DNA from: Lytechinus pictus
Taxonomy: Eukaryota
Assembly (NCBI RefSeq): GCF_037042905.1
Contig: NC_087249.1
Location: forward strand, 8,496,001-8,560,000
DNA: 64,000 nucleotides
Direction: 5' to 3'
Below the pieces are notes generated by a model. The model did not search any database, was not told the DNA's origin, and saw only the letters and a list, made by a program, of their open reading frames with translations. The stretch's first letter is position 1. Each line of letters begins with the position of its first letter. The translations under genes were made by a program, and so were the position numbers. Positions 52,901-64,000 of this stretch are shown here, piece by piece.

Positions 52901-55187
52901 GTTCTGTTTTATTGTCTCCTTGATTTCACAACCGAAAATAAATCATTAAAAAAAACATTCACAATAGTTAGAATTCATTTTTGTCTCTATCGTTTTAATC
53001 TTTCAATCTAATAGTACAGAGGCGGCGGAGTTGGTAGGTATTTTCAGTCCTCACCCCTTGCAGCAAACATGTACAAAAAATCCGAAGTCTATATAAATTT
53101 CTGATTTTTTTTTCGGCCGGTCCACTCCCTCCCACATTCAGTAACGAAAACATTTTTTCCCTCTATGAATCTTTTCTACCACGCTATTCGCCGGTAAAAA
53201 AAAAGGGAGAAAGAAATTGGCAAAAAAGTAGGAAATTCAATAAAATTTGGGTTGGTATCAACATTTTTTTTTTTTGGGGGGGGGTGTAGGTTACACATGA
53301 ATAAAAGTTTGTAGGATTGAGAGGGTTCTATCGGGTGACACGCCAGACAAACGTGTTTTCTTTATAGGGGGTGCCTTAGCGTAATTTCTCATCCTGTATC
53401 ATTCTATTTCCTCCAAGTTCGCCCGAGGAAACTTTTAGTTCATTATTGGTTTTATCATTTGAAGTGATTATGTTTCCGTCAACTTTTCAATGCAAAAGTT
53501 TTCGTCTGGGAGAGAAAAGGAAATAAGATGAAGAGCTTCTAAAACCTTACCTATTATAAATTCATTCTGTAAAATGATATGAATTAACAAATTGTAATAT
53601 TTTAGCCGCTTCATCCCCGTCCCACAGCTCAACCCCTGTACCATAAAAAACATTGCTGTCCCTGTATAACATCTTTTTCCAAACATTTTGGTTTAGATGC
53701 AAACCATGGCAAGCGCCCCAAATGCGATTTTTTTTTTTTGGGGGGGGGGGGTCGAAACGGGGAAAAAAGGGGCCAGGACGGTCTTTATTCTTATCTTTTC
53801 CACCGCGTTACTCGCAATTAAAAAACAGAAAATCGGAGAGAGGAGACAAACAAGCAATATATATTAGAGTGTAGGTCAGAACATTTCCATCGGGGGAGGG
53901 GGGGGGGGTCAAACAAGAACAATGATAAACAGTCATCAGTTTGGCAAGGGTCTGGGGACCGAGTTGCAACAAATACACGTTGTGGGATTTTTTAAGTAAT
54001 CTCCCAAAAAATAAAGTCATGTTGTAATTCGTTTAAGTAGATATTCATGCATGGAATTTTAGCAAAAGCGCACTTGTCTGTTCCCCTTTTATCACTGTAT
54101 CTAATTCTCTCTCGTTATCTCTGACATTTGAACATATTTTTTTCGATAATTTCCCTAAATAATTATTCGTTTATCCTTATATGCATCATCACCCAGGGGA
54201 AGCGCCTTTATGCAATATGAATCACTGACGGATGTCATAAGCACCTGTGTTGTCGGTAAACGAGACTTTTTTTTGTAGATACGGTATGTTGGTCGAAAAA
54301 AAAAGATTCATAAAAGCTTTTTGTATTGCTAATACGAAAAGCGTTCAATGGGTCATCCTGCCGATAAATACTAATCTTCCTTTTGTTCGGGGCGTTGACC
54401 ATCTGTATCCTGCTCTTTTCGGAAGGAATTTGCTTGAGTGGCCGCCCAGACATTCTTTTGTTCGGGTAGTGCCGATATCATGAACTACATGGACGTTCCC
54501 CCTTTTGAAAAGAGCAGAAGATGAATGGTGTGCTAAACTGCTTTCTTTTCTCTTTTTTTTTCATAATAGTAGACAAAAAATAAGGAGAAGAAGAGGGATG
54601 ATGGGGAGGGAAAAAGTTCAAAAGTGCACCGAGATCAGCTCAAAGTACTAAGACATTACAAGCTTTTTGCTTTTCTGAAAATACAATCAATCGATGAAAC
54701 CAATGAGATATCATTCTATCTAGAGCGATATCTTCTTGATTAAACAAATAAGACGAAAATGGTGAATAAACGCGTAGCTTATTACGTGACGATCTTGCAG
54801 AAAAGATGTTAGCGTATATCTATCAGAACAACGATATGGATCAAATCACGTGATCGGAAAAATCACGTGATCAGGCCTTATGCGCGCGCGTACGTGCTCG
54901 TCGCAAAATTTATCCTTCCCGTCCGACTCCAACGAAAAAATCGGGTAAAGTTGAAATGATTTCCTATTTTCGGGATTTTTCCCCACGTAGCTGTATATTT
55001 TTTTCAATCTGTTATCGAAATAGGTTTATAAAGTAAATAGTGGCAGAGGTTTTAGTACATAACAATTACGAAAAAGCTGAAAAACTTAATTGAATTAAAC
55101 CAAACATTTCTCGGCTTCTGTAGAAGCCCGTCGTAGCTAAGTGAATGACTCGCTGGGCTTCTGTGGAAGCCCGTCGCACGCAAAGGG
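49978..55187. mobile_element. 5.2-kb non-autonomous piggyBac-like element
   Basis: TTAA|ccctttgcgtgcg ... cgcacgcaaaggg|TTAA (perfect 13-bp TIR); subterminal repeat ggcttctgt(a/g)gaagcccgtcg twice; no transposase ORF. Confidence 0.9.
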
Positions 55188-55786
55188 TTAAGACTCATTT
55201 ATTCAAAATGTACCTCAATTCAACAAAATTAGCTAGGTAAAGACATCTTTTTTCTTTTTGTTTGGTTCTGAAGTGCATAGAGACATAGTTACATTATGTG
55301 TTATTTGCGCCATATGAAAAATCCTTATTAACATAATTATTACCATACAAACGTAAAAACAGTCTTTCACTTCTCATGGTATCACATACTTAGATGGCAT
55401 TCTTTACAATATTCTCAAAGTTATTCTCTTTGGGTAAAGGAAAAAAATTATCATTCTCTGTTTAACTTCATAGATACACTACTCGTGTCCTATTATGTAA
55501 ATACTTTTTTAAATCTTTTTTGTCAAACTTTGAAACCGCAGCATAGATATTCTACACACAGTGTATACAGAGTAGCGTGCCAAACTCGCTTCCCAAAGAA
55601 CAGTTGTGTCCTGAAAACCACACTGCAAAGTGGTAATCCAAGCTGATTTGGAAGATTGCTTTCAAGACCACTTCGAATGTCCCCTTTACATATTAAACTG
55701 GTTTCCACTAAACTGATTAAGGAAGCATATGAGAACAGGGTCTTAGTGTACTGAATGACACCACTTCAATCGCTTAGATTGCTTAC

Positions 55787-55868
55787 TTTGATTTTGCTGC
55801 TAGCTGTTGATGGTCTTGACTTGGCTTGGCCCGCTACCTTCTCTGGGAATAGCTCCATGAAGAATGCG
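55787..55868 (-). CDS. MYO1E: Myosin-IE/F-like motor exon (loop 2): AFFMELFPEKVAGQAKSRPSTASSKIK
   Basis: LFPE...RP.TA..KIK pattern; 82 nt, phase 2-0; CAG acceptor, GTAAGC donor. Confidence 0.94.
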
Positions 55869-56195
55869 CTGTGAATGATCAAAAGAAAATACATGCAACA
55901 ATTGAGCTTTAATTAGTACAAAAATAGTTCAAAATGGAAAAAAAGCAATAACAAACCCAAATAAATCTGTATTTCCAGATGAGAGTATTACATTTATATT
56001 TGCAACCATAATTAAAATCTGTTAAAATCTGTTCAGTCTCAAACTGCATGGGTTGATATTCCATTAGGGACACATGTGAAACAATAATAAACAATGAAAA
56101 TACATCAATATGAAAATAACAAATTATGACAAACAGAAGAAAAATAATCAAAGTAAATAAATAAATTCAAAGGAACACGGAGTATTAGAACTTAC

Positions 56196-56281
56196 TTCTC
56201 ACTGGACTGCATGAGTTCAATAAGATCTGTAAAAAGTACATCTCGATTCTTTTCGCAGAATCCCTCTACTATATATCGTAC
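56196..56281 (-). CDS. MYO1E: Myosin-IE/F-like motor exon: VRYIVEGFCEKNRDVLFTDLIELMQSSE
   Basis: V.Y...GF.EKN.D motif; TTTAG acceptor, GTAAGT donor; 86 nt, phase 0-2. Confidence 0.95.
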
Positions 56282-56846
56282 CTAAATGAAGACAACATAA
56301 AAAACATTCAACAAGGTTTTAAAAAAATTAATAAATTATGTCACATTTACATTGCATTAAAGCAATTCGAACTGCTCTTTTCACTTCACATAATGAATAA
56401 TAACCTATTGATAAAATTGTAATTTGGTCTTTTTTAATAAAAAAGCAAAATTTAGAAAATAAGATTATCTGAAAAAGTAATTCTACATCTTCTTACATTT
56501 ACAATTGGAAGTTGTAAAGTTGAATAACAGACAAGATAAAAGACTTTATTTGGCACCATTTTTTGCAGACTGCTTGGAAGTTTCGCCAAGATTGCACAGT
56601 GTGAACAATACATGCGTGAGTGAACCCAGAACTTCAAACCTGATTTTTTTTACACTCTTGCAAAATTCATTCTGAATTCAAGCAAGTACTTCTGATGGCA
56701 ACTGTTGATCAATTTTGATGAGTTATAAACTAGATTACAGCTTAGGACGTTTCTTTTAAAGCTCAACGAAAATCTAAAAATTCATTTTGGGTGACTTTTT
56801 GTTGCTCTTGGGGTGGCAGGTCACAAATGACTTCATGAAGCATACC

Positions 56847-56990
56847 GTATTGTCGGTGCAAGAATACTCTTAGCAAACAATTTTCGTGCATCAGTACAAA
56901 AACACCCTTAGCAGTGCGCATAAGTGCATTGCGTAGTGCATTTCTGCACCGATGTGGTGCACAAAAGGGCGTTCTTGCACCGACACGACG
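56847..56990. mobile_element. Short palindromic MITE
   Basis: tgtcggtgcaagaa / ttcttgcaccgaca inverted ends. Confidence 0.65.
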
Positions 56991-57055
56991 ATACTAAGGC
57001 AAGCTAATCATTTATATTGCAAAGCAAGAGCGAGCAGTGGGTGTAGTTTTCTTAC

Positions 57056-57223
57056 CTGCCCTGCGTAATGATGTACGACGAATCCTCCACTCAAGACCTG
57101 GTAATGCTGATGCGTTCCAACCGCGCTGTTCATCTTCTGTAATAGCTTCTCATCAGCGCCCTCGCTCACTGCATGCATGGTCGCACAGACGTCATCCAGG
57201 ATGCACATGATGCCAGGTGGTAC
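57056..57223 (-). CDS. MYO1E: Myosin-IE/F-like motor exon: [30 protein letters not shown]...FVVHHYAGQ
   Basis: [11 protein letters not shown] is typical of long-tailed myosin I; HYAG motif; 168 nt; AAG acceptor, GTAAG donor. Confidence 0.96.
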
Positions 57224-57257
57224 CTTCAGAGTACAGGAAAAGTACAGATTCACTTAA

Positions 57258-59638
57258 AGGGGAATAAAACCTTTGGGCAAATTGGCTTTTGTGGAAACAG
57301 AAAAATCAAAGAATAAGATCACAGCAAGTTTGAGGAAAATCGAACAAATAATGAGAAAGTTATGAGCATTTGAATATTGCGATCACTAATGCTATGGAGA
57401 TCCTCCCATTAGCAATATGACAAATATTTGTGATGTCACATGTGAACAACTTTCCCATTGATGGACTATAAAATAGCCCAAAAATGTATATTTTTGCTCT
57501 TTCTTTGGGTCATACAAACTCTTTATCCACAATGTATTCTCCTATAGAAAGAATACACAATCTACTGATAGATGTGATAAAAGAGGTAGTTTTAAGTGAA
57601 ATATATAGAAAAGTAATGGGAAAGTTGTTCACATGTGACATCACATTGCCAATGGGAGGATCTACATTACAGTAATGATCTAAACTTCAAATGCTCATAA
57701 CTTTCTTATTATTAGGAGTGGGCTATACATGGGTCAAAAATACTTTTTTTGTAATTTCAATATGACAACAGTTTTTTTTTATTCCTTGTAATGTATCTCA
57801 ACATGAAATGACAATATTTTTTGTCTCGGGTCCGAGAAAAAAGTTTGCCGGGCCAAAATCCAAAATGGCCGCCAAAACCCCCCAAAATCACAGTTTTGGC
57901 CACAACTTTTTTATTTGGTGGTCAATTTCTCTGGTTTTGGTGTCTATTCATATGTTTTGGGGGGGCAGGCAATTTGTTTTCCTATAATTAGTACTTTTAA
58001 ACCATTATTTGTAGAGTTGAAAGGTAATTATACCTAAATTTTCCCATTTTTGTAGCCTTTTTTCAGTCAAAAAGTAGGTTTTCTCATCCTGGGGTTCTGG
58101 GATATTTGATGGTACGAGGTCAACAATAGCAAGTAGCTTCATGTAGCTATATTGCTTTTATTCCTCCACTTTAGGTTTTACGGATATTTGTGAAATATAT
58201 CTTATTAAATAAAAAAATGTCAATTATCCATTGGGGCTATACAGTATACATATGTACAATGTACTGTACATACATACTGCACTGCATAAATGCATTGGTC
58301 ACCATGACAGATAACAAGGCTTGTATAAACTATAGTGTCATAGAAATGAGCTCTCAGGTTTAGAATTAGATGCCTCAGAAATTGAAGATATGTTTTGTCT
58401 CAGAAATTGAGGACATGTTTTGTCAAATATGCTAATTCAGGGGGCGGAGAGAGGTAATTTACACTGTAGCTATTCTGGGCCCTGTTGCATAAAAATTTAC
58501 CATTATGTTAACTTAACTTAATGGCAAAAAGAAGCTGCTGAAAACTGCTTATCTAATAAAAGAGAGCCAATGGAGTAAATTAGAAAGTCAAAAAGGGGCC
58601 TAAGCTTTCGATCCTAGCAGAATCTTCGTCGGAGGCAAAACTTAACTTAATGGTAACTTGCATGCAATCCTTTATTCTGATTGGCTGTTGAGCAGCGTTA
58701 CCATGATACTAGTAGTTACCTGACCCCATAAACATAGGCCAGTTAGACACCAGAACCAGGTTTAAAAAAGGCTTCCAAATGAAGAAGATATGGCTAAAAA
58801 TGTGATGTACGTATATATACATGTATGTGATATTTACAGTAAGTGTAAGTTACGTTGCTGGTTTCACCATGTACATCAGCTGACAAGGAATCAAGTTCAC
58901 AATCTAATTCTAAACCTTTGAAGCTCATTTCTATGACACTGTAGTTTATATACAGGCCTTGTCATATGCCATGGTGGTCAATGCATGGATATATGCAGTG
59001 TAGTATGTACAGTGCATTGATTGATTGATTGATTGTACACCGTATAGCCCCTATGGATAAATGATATTTTCTTTTATTTGATAAGATATATTTCACAAAT
59101 ATCCGTAAAACCCAAAGTGGAGGAATAAAAGCAATATAGCTACATGAAGCTGCTTGCTATTGTTGACCTCGTACCATCTAATATCCCAGAACCCCAGGAT
59201 GATAAAACCTACTTTTTGGCTGAAAAAAGGCTACAAAAATGGGAAAATTTAGGTATAATTACCTTTTAACTCTACAAATAATGGTTTAAAAGTACTAATT
59301 ATAGGAAAAACAAATTGCCTGCCCCCCAAAACATATGAATAGACACCAAAACCAGAGAAATTGACAACCAAATAAAAAAGTTGTGGCCAAAACTGTGATT
59401 TTGGGGGGTTTTGGCGGCCATTTTGGATTTTGGCCCGGCACACTTTTTTCTCGGACCCGAGACAAAAAATATTGTCATTTCATGTTGAGATAAGGTAAAA
59501 GGAACACAAAAAAACTGTTCCCACAGTAAAACCAAAAATCACCCATTTATAGCCCACTCCTATTATTATCTAATATTCTCAAACTTTTGTTGATATGTTT
59601 TTGCACAAGCTATCTTGTTTAAAGGGTTTAATTTTCCT
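57258..59638. mobile_element. TTAA-type MITE (Kolobok-like), split by a foldback insertion
   Basis: ttaa|aggggaataaaacc left end; internal inverted arms; right arm resumes after ~59563. Confidence 0.75.
57713..59562. mobile_element. 1.85-kb foldback DNA transposon with ~660-bp arms (TAG...CTA ends; Academ-like by inference)
   Basis: taggagtgggctat / atagcccactccta; arms 57713-~58370 and ~58900-59562 are close reverse complements. TSD is ambiguous in the (TAT)n context (ttat fits). Confidence 0.92.
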
Positions 59639-59934
59639 TTATAATCAATGCAAAACAAACGATGTTTGTCATTAGGTGACATTACCCCAAAACATGGGGA
59701 CATTTCATGAAAGTAGTCCGCACTGACTAAATTGTCAGCGACAATTTCAGTGAAATCCTTGGTTTTGATTGGCTAAGAAGCTCTGGCCTCTGACTGCTAC
59801 TATGGTAGCTTTCAGAGAAAGACAACTTGTCCCTGCTAACAACTTTCAGGAACCCCCCCCCCCATCCCCCAGTTAAAACTGGTGACAAAACATTTGTTCC
59901 AAGCTTTATTTCATCTAAGATATAGGGTTAGGGT

Positions 59935-60118
59935 TAGTCTGCTGTGCAAACCCTTCACTCAAGTCACTAAAGGGTCTGAATGTGCAGCCTACAATGCCTT
60001 GAATATTGAAGGCCCGAATTGAAACAGCAAGTTTTATATTTGCTAGTCTTTGTGTGAAGGCCCACTTGTTGTTCAAAGTTGTTTTAAAGTTTAAATCAGG
60101 GTCTGTGCCTGCAGGCTA
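59935..60118. mobile_element. 184-bp MITE with TAG...CTA ends and a 3-bp TSD (ggt), inserted in a TTAGGG-containing repeat
   Basis: ggt|tagtctgc ... gcaggcta|ggt. Confidence 0.7.
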
Positions 60119-61351
60119 GGTTAGGTAAGGGTTGCAATCAGGTTGTATATTAGGGTTAGGGTAGGGTACAGTGTTTAATCCAGTCATTTGATAAGTGTGT
60201 GAAATTCAGAGCAGAGCAAATGTCATAGAACTGTTAAAACTAGCATTTACAATGAACTTGGATCTAAAATATGTACAATAAAGGGAAATCGTCCAGGGTA
60301 CCGCTTTATTAAAAGCTCCTATTTTGGTAACTTTACCATACAATGCCAATCACAATCACAGATTCCATGGAAATTATCATGGATGGCAAAGTTAATCTGT
60401 ATGCAATGGAGGCCCTGAAAGACCTACATATGTACTTTTATTTCTCATCTGCCTGGAGTGGTCTTTAAAGGTGAGTTTCACTAGATGATGAAATCATGAA
60501 AATAAAATAATTGAGGTCCACTCTGGTTCATATTTCTAGATCATATCTCACTGAGTTCAAACACTAAAATCACCCACCCAATCCTACAGGCTTCGTAGTT
60601 CCCATCCTCCTTAGTCCCACACCTTTTAAAACAAAGATTACATGAAAGTGTAGGTGATCGTGCCTTTGTTTGTGCTGTATCCGAACCCTGGGATAGTCTC
60701 CCTTCCTCAATAAAATAATGCATCATCTGTTAACTTATTCAAAACCAACTGAAAGCCTATCTTTTTCAAGAAAGTTTTTTTTATAAATAAGTCCATTTTT
60801 GTAATGCAATTTGTAGAGTAGTCTTCCCTTATTTTCCTTGAATTAGGACTTAATTATACATGGTTTGTTTATCTTGTTTACTATTGTTTCCTGTTCACCT
60901 AATTATTGTAATGCGCAGTTGAGTATGTCCATATAGGAATTGTGCAATATAAATTTACAATTATTATTATTATTATCATTATCATCATCATCATCACCAT
61001 CACCATCATCTTCATCTTCATCATCATCATCGTCATCACCATCATCATTATCTGACTGACAGATTTACCTCCTATCAAACAGATTAGGGGCACAATGAAG
61101 AAAGAACTTATGATTGTGGTAACTTTGTCATTATGGCAAAAAAACATGGAAACAGAGCTTGGCAGTAAATCAAAATTAAGGTTTCTATGGTAATTCAATG
61201 ACAAAGTGAACAAGAATTTACACTCTTTCTGAAAAGGGCCTTCAGTCATTGTAGCATGCACACATTGCTCCCCATACCCACTATCACTCAATCAGGATTG
61301 TTGTTTGAATTTGATGAGAATGATCTCAAATATTTGTTTTCCAGGAGCCAA

Positions 61352-61543
61352 TGTGACATTTGCTCCTGCGACAATTGCTCCGGGCTTAATTTCGTCTAAG
61401 ATATAGGGTTAGGGTTGCAATAGGGTTTTATGTTAGGTTTAGGATAGGGTAAAGTGTTAAATCGAAGGTTGAAATTGGTAATTCCATTTGTGTATGGAAT
61501 TTAGATCGGAGCAATTGTTGCCAGAGCAAATGTCATGGAACCA
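61352..61543. repeat. Dispersed repeat with TTAGGG-like core; copies at ~25130-25321 and ~59888-60232
   Basis: gacatttgctcc...tagggttagggtt...ggagcaaatgtcatggaacc is shared by the three loci. Confidence 0.75.
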
Positions 61544-62007
61544 CAGAGATACCTGACGGAAGAACAGCCATGAATACATAAAAAAGTTACACCAAGTTTT
61601 CGTATCCACAAACCCACATAGTAGACAACTTCCCATGGGTTCATAATAATTTCTTCATCAGGTCAGGGGCCCCTTTCACAGAGAACTTATTACTATGGTA
61701 ACTTTCCCATGAAGGTGACTTCCATGGTAAAAGGACTTGGCAGCCTATCAAAGGTTTCCATGGTAGTTTAATGACAAAGTCGTGGTCATAACTAAGTGCA
61801 CTTTCTGAAATTGGCCTTAGGCCCCATGACAGAAAGGTTTTGTAATCAATAAAGCTCAAGCCTTACAAAAAAATTAATTAAAATCCAAATTTTATTGTTC
61901 AAAATAGTAATCAGAAATAGAAATCCCGTACAATTTTTTTTTCCCCTATTGATCGTGGGCAGGGCAGCCACTGAACAGAGCCAGATTGACGTTGCTGTAT
62001 CCCTTAA

Positions 62008-62610
62008 AGGTCAAGTACACCACAGGAAAATGTTGATTTGAAAAAAAGGAGAAAAATCCAACAAGCAAAACACTGAAAATTTCATCAAAATCGGATGTAA
62101 AATAATAAGTTATGACATTTTAAAGTTTCGCTTAATTTCACAAAACAGTTATATGCACATCCTGGTCGGTATGTAAATTGGCAGACTGATGACGTCACCC
62201 ACTCACTATTTCTTTTGTATTTTATAATATGAAATATGAAATATTCTAATTTTCTCCTCCTTGTCAAGTAAAACAAAGTTTTATTTCTCCCTGAACATGT
62301 GGAATTACCATTATTTTAATAGTTTATGGTTAAGTTAAGTTGGTCCTTATTGTCAAATCTGTAAAAATTTAAATATTGTTTTATTCAAACAATAAAAAAC
62401 AAAAGAAATAGTGAGTGATGGACATCATCGACTCTCTCATTTGCATATCGCTGAGTTGTGCATTTAACTGTCTTGTGAAAAATAAGCGAAACTTAAAAAT
62501 GTCATAACTTTCTTATTTTACATCCGATTTTGATGAAATTTGCAGCGTTATGTTTGTTTGATTTTTCTCTATCGATTCAAATCAACAATTTTCTAAGGTG
62601 GACTTGACCT
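62008..62610. mobile_element. TTAA-flanked MITE (Kolobok-like)
   Basis: TTAA|aggtcaagt...acttgacct|TTAA. Confidence 0.9.
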
Positions 62611-62972
62611 TTAAATAGTTAATACCAAACAGGGTAGCAGCAACTCCCATCTTTAATCGTCTTTTAGTCTGACGCTGCATGGTTTGAACCTCCCAGTTGT
62701 GAGACGGGAGCTACCAACTGAGCCAACACATACCAAATCCTATCTCTCCCAAAAAAAATTTACATTGAATTTCTGCTTATAAAAACTTTTTTTTTTTTTA
62801 ACAAAAACCTGAATTCTTCTACTTTCGTGTCCATCATCTACAAGTGCAAGTCAGATATTTGGCGGAAACCATAAGGTCAAAAGAACCCACCGACTACCGA
62901 ATTGTCTAATTACCATAGGCTTTCACCAGGGACCACTAGATGTCAGTATACAACTGGTCAATAAAGTCATAC

Positions 62973-63056
62973 CTTACTCTCGATGAGATCGCATACGATC
63001 TTGTTGTTGAAGTAATCTATCTGCTTCCACTTAATACCTTCTGAGACATACTCTTC
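62973..63056 (-). CDS. MYO1E: Myosin-IE/F-like motor exon: [28 protein letters not shown]
   Basis: Conserved EEYxxEGIxW...YFNN myosin-I segment; canonical splice sites; 84 nt, phase 0-0. Confidence 0.96.
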
Positions 63057-63597
63057 CTGTATAAAACGAAAACATTAAAAATAAATTATTTAAAGTTATC
63101 TTCACAGAGAAATAATAATAATATAGGTATATTTACACAGGGAAGCCACTTCAGTACTGAAAACTGTCCTCCCAGCGGGCCCTGCTATTATTATTACCCC
63201 GGCTTTAGCTGAAAATGGGTTCTACATAGAATTTAAGTGTGCATATGTACAATTCATCACTAATTTCACTATGCTTTGCTTCAACAAAATATCATGGCAT
63301 CTTCAGTTTTATACTAAGCTATGACCATTCTTCATAAATTCAAATTTGAAAAATCCAATTAAGAAATTACTTGGTGGCCTATATAAATCATTACATACAA
63401 TACAAATTTAAGTAGAAGCTCATTGTCAATATGATATAAACTCCATCAAACCCCTTTTGCTTTTGACAAAGGCACTGTTTTGCCAACTTGGAAAATGCTA
63501 TTGTATTACGGACATGTATGACATTAGAGGAAAAGAAAAGACAAGGTATGCACCTTTTTATATTTAATTTTTACCAATCTGTGACGTTTCACTTTAC

Positions 63598-63765
63598 CTG
63601 CTCAGCTTTGAGTGTGAGCTCTATGAAGATCTGTTGAAGCTTCTCGTTCACAAAGTTGATGCAGAACTGTTCGAAGCCATTCTGTTGGAAGATCTCAAAG
63701 CCGTAGATGTCCAGAACTCCTATCGTGATCTCTTCCTTGTTCTTCTGCATAGCAATATTTATTGA
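63598..63765 (-). CDS. MYO1E: Myosin-IE/F-like, motor exon (switch-2): [56 protein letters not shown]
   Basis: Manual translation shows the DIYGFE and NEKLQQ myosin motifs. AG acceptor 63766-7, GT donor 63596-7; 168 nt, phase 0-0. Confidence 0.96.
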
Positions 63766-64000
63766 CTAAGAGAGAAACCAAAAAGTAGCTATCAAAGATT
63801 TGAAAGTAGTTTTAGCGAGTTTTTGCAACCACTCCGCAGGAACTTTCTGGAATGTTGAAAATCTACTGAAAATGCCCATCAAATCACTATGAATAGCTTA
63901 GAGGTCATTGTAAAAAATTTGTGAAGCAGGACAGCAGATCATCCAAAGATTTGGAGTAGACAAAAAAATGCAAATACATGTATGTTGTTTGTCCAGAGTA

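Noticed and set aside
59920..61450. Interstitial telomere
   Set aside because: Only 1-2 TTAGGG units at a time, embedded in a dispersed repeat family.

Overview
AT-rich animal genomic DNA. The repeat landscape resembles a sea urchin or other invertebrate deuterostome (inference only). The window lies inside one minus-strand gene for a long-tailed class I myosin (MYO1E/F-type). I reconstructed 16 GT-AG coding exons between 63765 and 3259. They splice in phase into 2161 nt (720 codons + 1 nt) covering the C-terminal motor domain, IQ, TH1, TH2 and the first half of SH3. The 5' exons and the last SH3 exon appear to lie outside the window. The introns, including one of ~23 kb, carry tRNA-derived SINEs, TTAA-flanked MITEs, a 5.2-kb non-autonomous piggyBac, two large foldback elements with TAG...CTA ends, a Helentron/HINE-like element with a 163-bp array, minisatellites and triplet microsatellites. 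The most interesting observations are two Penelope-type minimal hammerhead-ribozyme-like motifs, a foldback built from ~187-bp YY1-motif units, two multi-level nested insertion stacks with readable target-site duplications (TSDs), a CpG-rich intronic small ORF and a few candidate alternative exons. I found no prokaryotic system and no CRISPR array. Nothing here can be shown from sequence alone to be a new biological system.
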